This document shows, in pieces, positions 1 to 9,063 of a stretch of 61,754 nt of DNA. The DNA comes from a virus. The DNA is taken from positions 1 to 61,754 of IMG/VR virus record IMGVR_UViG_3300044983_000045, one strand, 5' to 3'. The notes under the pieces are model-generated. The model saw nothing but the letters and a program-made list of their open reading frames with translations, did not search any database and was not told where the DNA came from. Both the position numbers and the translations under genes were made by a program. Position 1 is the first letter of the stretch; each line of letters starts with the position of its first letter.

Positions 1-127
1 ATTACGACACTGACGCCGCCGGCCGCGATTACTGGGTTTGCGACATCGGCCAAGCAGGACACGCTGCAGACGTCCGTCGATGCCATCAATACGAAGACTC
101 CTGCGCTCGGTCAAGCGCTGGCGGCGG
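1..127. repeat. Terminal redundancy: bases 1-127 are identical to 61628-61754 (circular-assembly overlap; unit genome 61,627 nt)
   Basis: Direct comparison of both ends (attacgacactgacgccgccggccgcgattactggg...caagcgctggcggcgg). The overlap lies inside an ORF and keeps its frame. Confidence 0.9.
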
Positions 128-987
128 CGTCGGTTCCCGTCATTCTTCCGTCGGCAACGATCACGACGCTGACGCCACCAGCGGCGATCACTGGATTTGC
201 GCTCGAGGCCGGACACGCTGCCACAATCGACACCAGCACCGCGGCAACTGCGGCCGTCGCTGGCACGACAGCCGGCGCGAAAGTTGTCACGGATGCCAAC
301 GGCACACTTCAGCAATATCTCCGCGGCATCGTCACGTTCCTCGCGAATGCCCTTGGAGCGGGTACCGCAGCCGCGGCGAACCGCGTCACGTTGGCTTCAG
401 ACGATCCGGCTGTGGCGACGCTCGGTGCGACCACTGGCGCCGCAGTCATCACCGACGCGAACGGGACGATTCAGCAGTACCTCCGCGGCATCGTCAAGCT
501 CCTGATCACCTCCGGCACGATCATCCTTGGCGCGGGCGCGAACCTGATCGGCTACGTCGGGTTCAAGAGCACATACGCCGGCAAGGTCGCGCTCACGACG
601 ACGAACTTCGACACTTTGGCAAACGGCTCGGGCTGGCAGTCGGTCGGGATCGCGTTCAGTGGGGCGCGTGACGCGCATTTCTGGCTCAAGACGCAATCCA
701 CTGGGACAGCGTATGTGGATTTCTATCTCGCGTCCAAACTGTCCAATGGCACGGGGTACACCGATGCCGCCACGGGGACAGAAGGCACATTCACCGCAGC
801 GAACCGCTTAAATTCGCGCTACCTAGGTTCGGTCCGCGTCAACAATGGCGCTGGCTCTGGTTTCTTCGCCCTCAGCGACATTTTTGGCAGCGCCATCCCG
901 GCGAACGGCGCACTCATTGCGATCAATAACGCGGGTGCGGCGATCACGACGGGAACCACCACCTTTGAATACGAACTGGTGAACTAA
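1..987 (+). CDS. Tail-fibre-like repeat protein, 3' part (5' part is 61280..61754; joined gene 1335 nt / 444 codons)
   Basis: Frame 1 is open from base 1 to TAA 985-987 and joins in frame, through the 127-nt overlap, to the ATG at 61280. It has 53-aa tandem repeats (TLTPPAAITGFA.SAKQDT.QTS...I..KTPALGQALAAASVPVILPSATIT). A second diverged repeat, V[VI]TDANGT[LI]QQYLRGIV, is at 283-333 and 445-495. The C-terminal beta-rich domain is fibre-like. Confidence 0.65.
   Translation: MTTLTPPAAITGFATSAKQDTLQTSVDAINTKTPALGQALAAASVPVILPSATITTLTPPAAITGFALEAGHAATIDTSTAATAAVAGTTAGAKVVTDANGTLQQYLRGIVTFLANALGAGTAAAANRVTLASDDPAVATLGATTGAAVITDANGTIQQYLRGIVKLLITSGTIILGAGANLIGYVGFKSTYAGKVALTTTNFDTLANGSGWQSVGIAFSGARDAHFWLKTQSTGTAYVDFYLASKLSNGTGYTDAATGTEGTFTAANRLNSRYLGSVRVNNGAGSGFFALSDIFGSAIPANGALIAINNAGAAITTGTTTFEYELVN
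4..205 (+). repeat. 159-bp (53-codon) in-frame tandem repeat, copy 2 and the start of a degenerate copy 3 (copy 1 is at 61472-61630)
   Basis: ACGAC(A/G/T)CT(G/A)ACGCC(G/A)CC recurs at 61472, 61631 (=4) and 163. Copies are about 70% identical at nucleotide level. Confidence 0.8.
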
Positions 988-1439
988 TGGCTTTTACCTC
1001 TTCGGCACTCGCGACGGAACTCACGACGGACCCGACGGCGCTCGGCTACGCCGCCACCGTGGCATCAGGCGCAGACCAGGCAACGGCCGACATCATCAAT
1101 CTGGCGCGCGTCGCCATTCAGATCAAACGCTCGGACATTACCCCGAGTGAAATCTTCCACGCCCTCGATCTCGTGGACTTAGTGACATCGCCGACCGCGA
1201 CCGTGAACAGTTACATGGAATCGCTGTTGACGGCGCCGTTTCCCATTCGGCTGATCAACGACGACGGCAGTTCCACGCCGGTCCAAACCAATGTGCTGAC
1301 GTTGTTGAAGACGGGTAGCACGGGCACTAAGACTCGGCTGGCGGCGCTCCAAACGCGAGCGGGGTCCCGTGCGGAGTTTCTGTGGGGCGCCGGATTCATT
1401 GTCACGGCGGGGATGGTCGCCACGGCGCTACGAGGATGA
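987..1439 (+). CDS. Hypothetical protein (virion-associated by position)
   Basis: 150-aa ORF. Its ATG overlaps the upstream TAA (taATGg) and its stop overlaps the next ATG (ATGA). Confidence 0.55.
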   Translation: MAFTSSALATELTTDPTALGYAATVASGADQATADIINLARVAIQIKRSDITPSEIFHALDLVDLVTSPTATVNSYMESLLTAPFPIRLINDDGSSTPVQTNVLTLLKTGSTGTKTRLAALQTRAGSRAEFLWGAGFIVTAGMVATALRG

Positions 1440-2140
1440 TCCCGAACGCTCTCAAATTCGGTGTCAACGCCACGGACAAGGTTGACTGCGGCGCGTTCGC
1501 GGCGATTAGTGTCCCAGCAGCCGCGACGTGGGCGGCGTGGTTCATGCCGACCGCTCAGGCTGATGCGGCGCATCGTCTCATCGCGAAGGGCACGATGCAG
1601 ATGTCGTACGCCAACGCCTCGAATAACCGTGTGGTGTTTGAGGCGCCTCGTGCGACGACCTTCATCCGGGCGCTCGCTGAGGCCGCGAGCTTCAGTGTGA
1701 ACTGGGCAACCCATCTGGGCACGCCAGTCTTCATGGCAGGGACACTGGATCTGGCGAGCGGGCTGCCTAAACTCTACATGGGCGACCTACTGACGCCCGC
1801 CAGCGAACCTAGTGCCTACGTCACACAAACACTGGGCAGCGGGGCAGGCACGGACACGACCGGGAACAATTTGACGCTCGGTGGCATCGGCTCAGTCCCG
1901 CTCAAGGGCTCGTACTTTTGGGCCTACGTCGCGACGGCGGTCTACGACCTGGGGGAGATTCAGCGGCTGCAATTTAACCCTCATCAGAACTACCGCAATT
2001 GTGCGGGACGGTGGCGGCTCGGCGCGAACGGTACCGGGTTGGTCTTGGACGACTCGGGCAACGGCAATAAGGGCACGATCACCGGAGCGGTCCCGACCAG
2101 TGACAACCTGCCGCGTGTCGGACATCGGAGAGTCGCGTGA
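1436..2140 (+). CDS. Concanavalin/LamG-like jelly-roll domain protein (putative fibre- or receptor-associated)
   Basis: ATG 1436 is coupled to the upstream stop. The N-terminus (NALKFGVNATDKVDCG...WAAWFMP...HRLIAKG...) and the ending LYMGD...GSYFWAYVATAVYDLGEIQRLQFNP resemble LamG laminin-G-like domains. Fold call is by eye only. Confidence 0.45.
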   Translation: MIPNALKFGVNATDKVDCGAFAAISVPAAATWAAWFMPTAQADAAHRLIAKGTMQMSYANASNNRVVFEAPRATTFIRALAEAASFSVNWATHLGTPVFMAGTLDLASGLPKLYMGDLLTPASEPSAYVTQTLGSGAGTDTTGNNLTLGGIGSVPLKGSYFWAYVATAVYDLGEIQRLQFNPHQNYRNCAGRWRLGANGTGLVLDDSGNGNKGTITGAVPTSDNLPRVGHRRVA

Positions 2141-2325
2141 GCCTGCTGCTCCTGTTCTCGGGACGTGGGACGGCGGCACCGACGGGAACGCCAGTCCATA
2201 TCGCGGAAGCGAACGCGTGGCCGTTGAGCACGGTCACTGAATCGGCGTGGCGTGTGGGTGATGCGACCGCCTACCCGTCCAACAGCGTCTCGGCCCAATC
2301 GTGGGACAAGGACACCGAGTCATGA
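2137..2325 (+). CDS. Hypothetical small protein
   Basis: 62-aa ORF with a GTG start overlapping the upstream TGA (GTGA); its stop overlaps the next ATG. Confidence 0.4.
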   Translation: MSLLLLFSGRGTAAPTGTPVHIAEANAWPLSTVTESAWRVGDATAYPSNSVSAQSWDKDTES

Positions 2326-2666
2326 GCCGAGCCAGTCCGTCTTTTGAGTTCGTGAAAGGGGAAGACGCCCAGATCACCTGGACGGTCTACACCACGGAAG
2401 CGAAGACCGCCGTACAGGACATTACAGGGTGGACGTTCGCACTGAAGGTGAAGCGGAAGCCCAACGATGCAGATCCTTCGCTGATCACGCCGACCATTAC
2501 GATCATCTCGGCGGCGGCCGGCACGGTCAAGACGGTGTTTGCCGCAGCCGATACCGCCTCGCTCAATGGGGACTATACGTACAGCTTCTGGCGCACGAAC
2601 GCGGGATCGGTGACATGCCTGGCGTTGGGTGGAAATATCGCCTTTTTGGACAGCACGCAATCGTGA
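2322..2666 (+). CDS. Hypothetical beta-sandwich-like protein
   Basis: ATG 2322 overlaps the upstream TGA. Alternating beta-strand pattern (FEFVKGEDAQITWTVY...WTFALKVKRK...GTVKTVFAAADTASL.GDYTYSFW). Confidence 0.5.
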   Translation: MSRASPSFEFVKGEDAQITWTVYTTEAKTAVQDITGWTFALKVKRKPNDADPSLITPTITIISAAAGTVKTVFAAADTASLNGDYTYSFWRTNAGSVTCLALGGNIAFLDSTQS

Positions 2667-2716
2667 CGTAGTTCGGTAGTTAGCATCGATCGCGGTGGAT
2701 TCCGCAGAAACCGTAT

Positions 2717-3694
2717 ATGCACACCATCGTCACCGGCGGCGCCGGATTCATTGGCTCACATCTTGTCGAACGACTCCTAAACGATGGTCACACCGTCACG
2801 GTGGTGGACGACCTCTCGTCAGGATCGCGTCGGACCATCGCTCCACATCGCCACCGTATTCGCTTCGTCGCTGGTGACATGGGCAAGCTCTGGGGTTATC
2901 AACGCATCGACATAATGGCGTGCGATTGGTGCTTCCATTTAGCCGCGAAGGCCGACATCGTGCCGTCCATCGAGAAGCCGTGGGATTACCATCACGCGAA
3001 CGTCACTGGCACCGTGGCGGCGCTTCAATATGCGAGAGCCTGCGGCGTGAACCGGTTCATCTATGCGGCGTCGTCATCCTGCTACGGCCTCGCCACAGTC
3101 TTCCCAACACCTGAAGACGCGCCGATCGCTCCGCAGTATCCCTATGCCCTGACGAAGTGGGTTGGGGAACAGTATGCGCTCCACTGGATGCAGGTCTACG
3201 GACTGCCGGTTGTCTCGCTGCGGTTGTTCAATGTCTTCGGTCCGCGCCAACGGACGGCCGGCACGTACGGTGCGGTCATGGGCGTGTTCTTAGCGCAAAA
3301 GGCCAACGGCCAACCACTGACGATTATTGGGGATGGGACGCAGACCCGCGACTTCACGTACGTCACAGACGTGGTGGATGCGATGGTCAAGGCGGCTGAG
3401 TCAGACATCACGGGCGTGTTTAATGTCGGCAGCGGCAGCACGCATTCAGTGGACGAACTCGCCACCCTCATCGGTGGAGATCGCATCTCCATCCCGAAGC
3501 GACCCGGTGAACCGGATTGCACGTTTGCCGACACGCGGAAGATTCGACAGGCACTTGACTGGGTGCCTCGTGTGCCCTTCGCGGAGGGTGTGCGGACCAT
3601 GCTCGAGCGGTTGGACGACTGGGCCGCAGCTCCCGTGTGGACGCCGGAGACGATTGCGGTGTCGACAGCCGCTTGGCATCGGTATCTCGGATGA
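2717..3694 (+). CDS. NAD-dependent nucleotide-sugar epimerase/dehydratase (extended SDR)
   Basis: N-terminal Rossmann motif TGGAGFIGSHL, catalytic YALTK (YxxxK), and RLFNVFGPRQ typical of the UDP-sugar 4-epimerase / 4,6-dehydratase / decarboxylase family. Confidence 0.85.
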   Translation: MHTIVTGGAGFIGSHLVERLLNDGHTVTVVDDLSSGSRRTIAPHRHRIRFVAGDMGKLWGYQRIDIMACDWCFHLAAKADIVPSIEKPWDYHHANVTGTVAALQYARACGVNRFIYAASSSCYGLATVFPTPEDAPIAPQYPYALTKWVGEQYALHWMQVYGLPVVSLRLFNVFGPRQRTAGTYGAVMGVFLAQKANGQPLTIIGDGTQTRDFTYVTDVVDAMVKAAESDITGVFNVGSGSTHSVDELATLIGGDRISIPKRPGEPDCTFADTRKIRQALDWVPRVPFAEGVRTMLERLDDWAAAPVWTPETIAVSTAAWHRYLG

Positions 3695-5016
3695 GGGTCG
3701 TCCAGGCGCACGGCTGCTTCGATCTGTTGCACTTGGGCCATATCCGCCATCTGCAAGCCGCGAAGGCCGCCGGGGACTATCTGGTGGTCACGGTGACGGC
3801 GGATCGGTTCGTCCGCAAGGGGCCTGGTCGTCCAGCCTTTACCGCGTGTGAACGGATGGAGGCGTTGCGCGGGTTGGGCTGTGTCGATGAAGTCCAACTG
3901 TCAGACAGTCCGACGGCGGCCGATGCGATTCGGCGCATCCGTCCGGCGGCCTTCGTGAAGGGGTCGGACTACTCAGAAGCGTCGCTCGATGCAGGCGAGC
4001 GGAACGCGTTGCAGGAGGTCGGCGGACAACTTGTGATTACCCAGACCGAGAAGTGGAGCTCCACCGCCCTATTGCAGCCGCGGCCAGATGTGTCTGACGA
4101 GATTCGGGCCTATCTTTCTGGTCTGAATGTGTCGGCTGATGCGGTCATCGGATGGCTGGAGAAGGCCCGCGCCTTGAACGTCGTGGTGATCGGGGACGCG
4201 ATCCTCGACGACTACCACTACGTCGAAGTGTTAGGGAAAGCCGGGAAAGAGCCGATCCTGGCCGCGCAGTTCAAACGCTCCGAACAGTTTAACGGCGGAG
4301 CGTATGCCGTGGCATCGCACGCTCAAGCCTGTAGTGAGCATGTGACGACAAGGAGCGGGCCAGCGGTCGTGAAACGCCGGTTCATCGAGACGTACCCGTT
4401 TCAGAAATTATTTGAAGTCTACGACATGGACGAAGCGGCGTCCGCCCAAGCCGGAGACGCTGCGGCCCGTGTCTCGCTCGCTGATGCGGACCTGCTCATC
4501 GTGGCGGACTACGGCCACGGGTTCGTGACGCCATCCTTGCTTGAGCGCATCCAGCAGGACGCGCGGTTCCTCGCGGTCAACGTCCAAGCCAACGCCGGCA
4601 ACCACGGCTACCACACGATCAGCAAGTACCGACGTGCCGACTTCATCTCGCTGTCAGAACGCGAGCTCAGGCTGGATGCGCGGGACCAGACAACGCGTGT
4701 CGATCAATTGATGGCTGATGCCGCCTCGACACGTCAGAGCACCGTGCTCGTCACGCGTGGGGCGCATGGTTGTCAAGCCATTCGGCGCGGTCAGATCGTG
4801 GATGCGCCGGCCTTGGCCAGTCATACGGTGGATCGTGTCGGTGCCGGGGATGCCGTGTTCGCGGTGGCAGCGTGTTGTGCGGCCGTCGGAATGCCGCTAG
4901 AACTGCTGACGTTCGTCGCCGCAGTGGTGGGCACGCTGGCTGTGGGCATCGTCGGGAACGCCCGCTACATCGAACGGGACGTCCTGTATCGAGAGATTAC
5001 GCGGTGGCTCAGATGA
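3691..5016 (+). CDS. Bifunctional sugar-phosphate nucleotidyltransferase (cytidylyltransferase-like, N-terminal) + PfkB-family sugar kinase (C-terminal). HldE/RfaE-like with reversed domain order
   Basis: ATG 3691 overlaps the upstream TGA. The N-terminus GCFDLLHLGHIRHL is the HxGH nucleotidyltransferase motif. The C-terminus DRVGAGDAVFA is the PfkB kinase signature. Confidence 0.75.
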   Translation: MRVVQAHGCFDLLHLGHIRHLQAAKAAGDYLVVTVTADRFVRKGPGRPAFTACERMEALRGLGCVDEVQLSDSPTAADAIRRIRPAAFVKGSDYSEASLDAGERNALQEVGGQLVITQTEKWSSTALLQPRPDVSDEIRAYLSGLNVSADAVIGWLEKARALNVVVIGDAILDDYHYVEVLGKAGKEPILAAQFKRSEQFNGGAYAVASHAQACSEHVTTRSGPAVVKRRFIETYPFQKLFEVYDMDEAASAQAGDAAARVSLADADLLIVADYGHGFVTPSLLERIQQDARFLAVNVQANAGNHGYHTISKYRRADFISLSERELRLDARDQTTRVDQLMADAASTRQSTVLVTRGAHGCQAIRRGQIVDAPALASHTVDRVGAGDAVFAVAACCAAVGMPLELLTFVAAVVGTLAVGIVGNARYIERDVLYREITRWLR

Positions 5017-5567
5017 CGGCTGCGGCATACGTGACCGCCCTCGGCGCGTGTATGTCGTCGGCGGTCTCTGGTCCGATCGTGTCGCTCGACGAGTCGATCG
5101 AGTGGCTGTGCGATGCCTTGCGACAGGTCCGTCTGTCCGGTGGCACCGTCCATCTGATCGGCAACGGTGGGAGCGCGTCCGTCGTGGCGCACGTGCAGAA
5201 CGACCTCGTCAAAGCCTGCGGGATTCGGGCGATGGTACATCAGGACGTCCCATTGTTGACTGCCTACGCGAACGACCGCGGGTATCAGCATGGCTATGCG
5301 AACGCGCTGGCTCTCTGGGTTGGCTCTCGCGACGTGCTGATTGCAGTGAGTAGTTCGGGGGAGTCGCAGAACATCTGGAACTCCGCAGAGCTTGCGAATA
5401 ACGCAGGCGCGACCGTCGTGACCTTCACCGGATTCTTACCGAAGAACACGTTACGAGAGATGGGGCACCTGAACTTCTACGTCCCATCCTCGAATTATGG
5501 ACATGTCGAATTGACACACGCGGCCCTGCTGCATTGCCTGACTGATCGGTTGGCTCATGCTGGATGA
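5013..5567 (+). CDS. gmhA: SIS-domain sedoheptulose-7-phosphate isomerase (GmhA-like)
   Basis: ATG 5013 overlaps the upstream TGA. Motifs VHLIGNGGSASVVAH...LIAVSSSGESQN...VVTFTG are typical of GmhA/DiaA SIS proteins. Confidence 0.75.
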   Translation: MTAAAYVTALGACMSSAVSGPIVSLDESIEWLCDALRQVRLSGGTVHLIGNGGSASVVAHVQNDLVKACGIRAMVHQDVPLLTAYANDRGYQHGYANALALWVGSRDVLIAVSSSGESQNIWNSAELANNAGATVVTFTGFLPKNTLREMGHLNFYVPSSNYGHVELTHAALLHCLTDRLAHAG

Positions 5568-6321
5568 ACGCTCGAAACATCTCCGCCGGCAGATCATCCG
5601 GGCGCTCGTCGGCGGGGGACGTGGGCATGTCGGCCCCTCGTTCTCGCTGGTCGAGATCATGCGCGTGCTCTATGACGACGTGATCCGATCAGAAGACATT
5701 GTGATTCTTTCGAAGGGGCACGGCTGTCTGGCGCAATACGTGATGCTGGTGGAGAAAGGGTTGATCGATGCCAAAGAACTCGACCGGTTCTGCCGGGAAG
5801 GGGCGCTCCTCGGTGGGCACCCTGAGCATCACATTCCAGGGATTACGGCGTCTACGGGCAGTCTTGGGCACGGACTCAGTCTCGGAATTGGATTCGCTCT
5901 TACGCAGCGAATGTGCGGCACTGGCCGCACGTTTGTCGTGGTGGGCGACGGAGAAATCAATGAAGGCTCGGTCTGGGAAGCGGCCCTCTGTGCCGGAAAG
6001 CATCGACTGCACAATCTTACGGTCATCATCGACTACAACAAGCGGCAGTCGTACGGGCCGACGGACGAAGTCCAGCCGCTCGAACCGTTGACCGACAAAT
6101 GGCGAGCCTTCGGGTTCATGCCGTGGGCGGTCGACGGCCACCATGTTGAGGCATTGCGACTCGGCTTCTCCGTCCTCTCGTACGGGGAACCGCGTGCGCT
6201 CATTTGCGACACCGTCAAAGGCAAGGGCGTCGCTGAGGTCGAGAACCATCCCTTCTGGCATCACAAGGACAACTTCACGGCCGAAGACGGCGCGAGACTG
6301 ACGGCGGCACTCGATGCGTAA
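5557..6321 (+). CDS. Transketolase, N-terminal (ThDP/PP-domain) subunit
   Basis: GHVGPSFSLVEI...LSKGHG...GHPE...STGSLGHGLS.G.G...VVVGDGEINEGSVWEA...NLTVIIDYN is the split-transketolase N-terminal section. Confidence 0.85.
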   Translation: MLDERSKHLRRQIIRALVGGGRGHVGPSFSLVEIMRVLYDDVIRSEDIVILSKGHGCLAQYVMLVEKGLIDAKELDRFCREGALLGGHPEHHIPGITASTGSLGHGLSLGIGFALTQRMCGTGRTFVVVGDGEINEGSVWEAALCAGKHRLHNLTVIIDYNKRQSYGPTDEVQPLEPLTDKWRAFGFMPWAVDGHHVEALRLGFSVLSYGEPRALICDTVKGKGVAEVENHPFWHHKDNFTAEDGARLTAALDA

Positions 6322-7219
6322 GACCTGCCTCCGGATGGTCTACGAACTCGCCAAGAAGGACGAACGGATCGTGTTCATCGGGTCCGATCTTGGCGCCGGT
6401 GTGCTGGATGACTTCAAGCGCGAGATGCCGGATCGGTTCTTCATGGAAGGCATCGGCGAAGCGAACATGGTCGGCATGGCGGCCGGGATGGCGCTGGCCG
6501 GCAAGATCGTCTACTGCCACACCATCGCCACGTTCCTGACGCGGAGAGCCTTCGAGCAAGTCTGCATCGACGTCGGGTTGCATCACGCGAACGTCCGGCT
6601 GATTGGGGCTGGCGGTGGAGTGGTGTACGCGCCGCTCGGGCCGACGCATCTCGCGGTGGATGACATCGCGTTGATGCGGACGATTCCAGGGATGACGATC
6701 CTCTCGCCGTGCGACGCGGTGGAGATGGAAGCCCTGATGCCGCAGACGGTCGAACACCAAGGGCCGATCTACATCAGGCTCGGACGCGGCGGAGATCCGG
6801 TCGTGTTTGACGGTAAGACCGTAGCGTTTAATCAGTCCGTGATAATGCGTTGGGGACACGGCGACGTCACGATGTTCGCTACAGGAACCACAGCACAAGT
6901 GGCGCTAAGTGCTGGTAGGAAACTGGATGCCACAGTAGTTCATTGCCCTGTAATGAAGCCGTTCGACAGGCGCTGGGTATCAGGCATGGAGAGTGACGTT
7001 GTGCTGACAGTGGAAGACCACAGCATCATCGGCGGCCTCGGAAGCGCAGTCGCTGAAGTCCTCGCTGAGTCAGGATGGTCAGGCAAGTTCAAGCGAATCG
7101 GCTATCCAGACGTCTTCCCATCAGGCTACGGCACTCAAGATGAGATGCGCGCACGCTACGGCATCTCCGTGGACAACATCGTCAAGACAGTACAGGAGCT
7201 TCGTGGGACAACTCGTTGA
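6314..7219 (+). CDS. Transketolase, C-terminal (pyrimidine-binding) subunit
   Basis: FIGSDLG...FFMEGIGEANMVGMAAGMALAG...GGVVYAPLGPTH..VDDIALMR.IPGMT... is the split-transketolase C-terminal section. It overlaps the N-terminal subunit gene by 8 nt. Confidence 0.85.
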   Translation: MRKTCLRMVYELAKKDERIVFIGSDLGAGVLDDFKREMPDRFFMEGIGEANMVGMAAGMALAGKIVYCHTIATFLTRRAFEQVCIDVGLHHANVRLIGAGGGVVYAPLGPTHLAVDDIALMRTIPGMTILSPCDAVEMEALMPQTVEHQGPIYIRLGRGGDPVVFDGKTVAFNQSVIMRWGHGDVTMFATGTTAQVALSAGRKLDATVVHCPVMKPFDRRWVSGMESDVVLTVEDHSIIGGLGSAVAEVLAESGWSGKFKRIGYPDVFPSGYGTQDEMRARYGISVDNIVKTVQELRGTTR

Positions 7220-7868
7220 ACTCGTCACCCCGCTACACAAGCGGACGACTCGGGACTACCTCGCCAGGATGAACGACGACAAGCCGCATTGCATGGAAGT
7301 AGCCCGAGAATACGGGCGTGAGTATTGGGATGGCGACAGGCGATACGGATACGGCGGCTATCACTACATCCCAGGGTACTGGAAGCCAGTCGCGGAGCAA
7401 CTGATCACGCGCTACGGTCTGACGAACGAGTCTCGTATTCTGGATGTCGGCTGTGGGAAGGCCCATCTCTTGACAGAGATCAAGAAGCTCCTGCCGACCT
7501 GCACGGTGAGAGGGTTCGATGTCTCACAGTACGGCATCAATGACTGCGAGCCGAACGTCCACGGGGCGCTGTCTGTCGGTCGCGCCGAAGACGTGTACCT
7601 GCATCCGGACAAGGTGTTTGATCTCGTGCTGTCGATCAACGTCTTGCACAACCTTAAACGTCACGAACGGGCGCGAGCACTCCGAGAGATTCAACGTGTA
7701 GGAAAGAACGCCTACATCTGCGTTGAAGCGTATCGGAACGCTCTGGAGCAATTTAACCTTCAGTGTTGGGCGCTGACGTGTTGGGCGTTCCAGACCGACG
7801 AGGAATGGATCCACGAGTACCACGAGTACGGCTATACCGGCGATTACGAGTTCATCTTCTTCGAATGA
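7203..7868 (+). CDS. Class I SAM-dependent methyltransferase
   Basis: Motif I ILDVGCGKAHLL and post-I RGFDVS. The start is uncertain: GTG 7203 overlaps the upstream gene end, with alternatives ATG 7140 and ATG 7269. Confidence 0.75.
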   Translation: MGQLVELVTPLHKRTTRDYLARMNDDKPHCMEVAREYGREYWDGDRRYGYGGYHYIPGYWKPVAEQLITRYGLTNESRILDVGCGKAHLLTEIKKLLPTCTVRGFDVSQYGINDCEPNVHGALSVGRAEDVYLHPDKVFDLVLSINVLHNLKRHERARALREIQRVGKNAYICVEAYRNALEQFNLQCWALTCWAFQTDEEWIHEYHEYGYTGDYEFIFFE

Positions 7869-7873
7869 GAACA

Positions 7874-8056
7874 ATGAAACAAAAGCCACAGAACGAGGCT
7901 GAGCGAAACGAACACACTCGGCAGATTGGCATACGTCTGCCTGTCAGCCTCCTTGCGCGACTGGAAGTGATCGCGCACCGTGAGGCGAATGGTGTATCTG
8001 CGGTCCGTAGGCGACTGCTCTCGGCTGCGCTAGAACGTGAGAACAAGGTCGAGTGA
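7874..8056 (+). CDS. Ribbon-helix-helix (CopG/Arc-like) DNA-binding protein embedded in the sugar island
   Basis: 60 aa. QIGIRLPVSLLARLEVIA...GVSAVRRRLLSAAL fits a beta-strand/helix/helix RHH pattern. Its stop overlaps the next GTG start. Confidence 0.6.
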   Translation: MKQKPQNEAERNEHTRQIGIRLPVSLLARLEVIAHREANGVSAVRRRLLSAALERENKVE

Positions 8057-9063
8057 AAGCCGCCATTCTCACGGAGATCGGGAAGCCACTGACGGTCGCG
8101 GACGTGCTTGTGCCGACGCTGGATGTCGGCCAGGTGCTTGTGCGTGTGGACTACGCCGCGATCTGTGGGGCACAACTGAACGAGATCGACGGGGCTAAGG
8201 GGCCGGATAGGTACCTGCCGCATCTGCTCGGACATGAAGGCGTGGGAACCGTGCTCGACGTCGGTCCAGGCGTCACCACGAAGAGTTCATGGGACCGCGT
8301 GATTCTCCACTGGAGGCCATCAGAAGGCATCGCGGCGAGCGGGGCTGTTTATGGCTGGCGTGAGTCTGACAAGCCTGGCATCACGTCCGTTCAGTCCGGG
8401 CCGATGGCGTGCTTCGCGGAACAGTGCATCGTCTCAGAGAACCGCCTGACGCTGCTACCTGACGGCATCGACGCACGCGTGGCGCCGCTGTTCGGCTGTG
8501 CGTTGACCACGGCCTATGGTGTCATGACGAGAGACGCGGACCTGAAGCCTGGACACTCGGTGCTCATCTTCGGGGCTGGAGGGGTTGGTCTGGCGATCGT
8601 GCAGATGGCGGCGCTCGTCAATGCGTATCCGATCCATGTGAAGGATCCGGTAGGGGCCAAGGTTACAGCTGCGATCGAGCGTGGCGCTCAGATCTGCCTT
8701 AGCACCGCATATGACCGCTACGACGTCGTCATCGATACCACGGGGCGGTCCGAGGTGATCCAACACGCCTACGAACTGACGAAGCCGCAGGGCCGCACGA
8801 TCCTCGTCGGTGTGCCGCGTCACGACGATCCGATCACGATTCATTCGCTGCCGTTGCACTTCGGGAAGGTGCTAGCAGGCTCACACGGTGGAGACTCGAA
8901 GCCACACGAAGACATCCCGCGTCTAGCCACGTTGGTACGCGCTGGCCTACTGAATCTGGATGGCCTCGTGACGCATGAGTTTCCACTGGAACAGGTTAAC
9001 GATGCGCTCGACGTCGTGCGGAGCGGTCAAGCAGGACGTGTGTTGTTGAGGATGGGCGCATGA
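8053..9063 (+). CDS. Zinc-type medium-chain alcohol/sugar dehydrogenase (MDR family)
   Basis: MKAAIL...VLVRVDYAAICGAQL...GHEGVGTV (catalytic Zn motif) and FGAGGVGLA (Rossmann). Confidence 0.8.
   Translation: MKAAILTEIGKPLTVADVLVPTLDVGQVLVRVDYAAICGAQLNEIDGAKGPDRYLPHLLGHEGVGTVLDVGPGVTTKSSWDRVILHWRPSEGIAASGAVYGWRESDKPGITSVQSGPMACFAEQCIVSENRLTLLPDGIDARVAPLFGCALTTAYGVMTRDADLKPGHSVLIFGAGGVGLAIVQMAALVNAYPIHVKDPVGAKVTAAIERGAQICLSTAYDRYDVVIDTTGRSEVIQHAYELTKPQGRTILVGVPRHDDPITIHSLPLHFGKVLAGSHGGDSKPHEDIPRLATLVRAGLLNLDGLVTHEFPLEQVNDALDVVRSGQAGRVLLRMGA

Noticed and set aside
1-127. Physical direct terminal repeat (DTR) of the virion chromosome
   Set aside because: The repeat lies inside an ORF that it rejoins in frame, and its length is typical of an assembler k-mer overlap. 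The HNH + P27-TerS + HK97-like TerL module suggests cos-type ends elsewhere.
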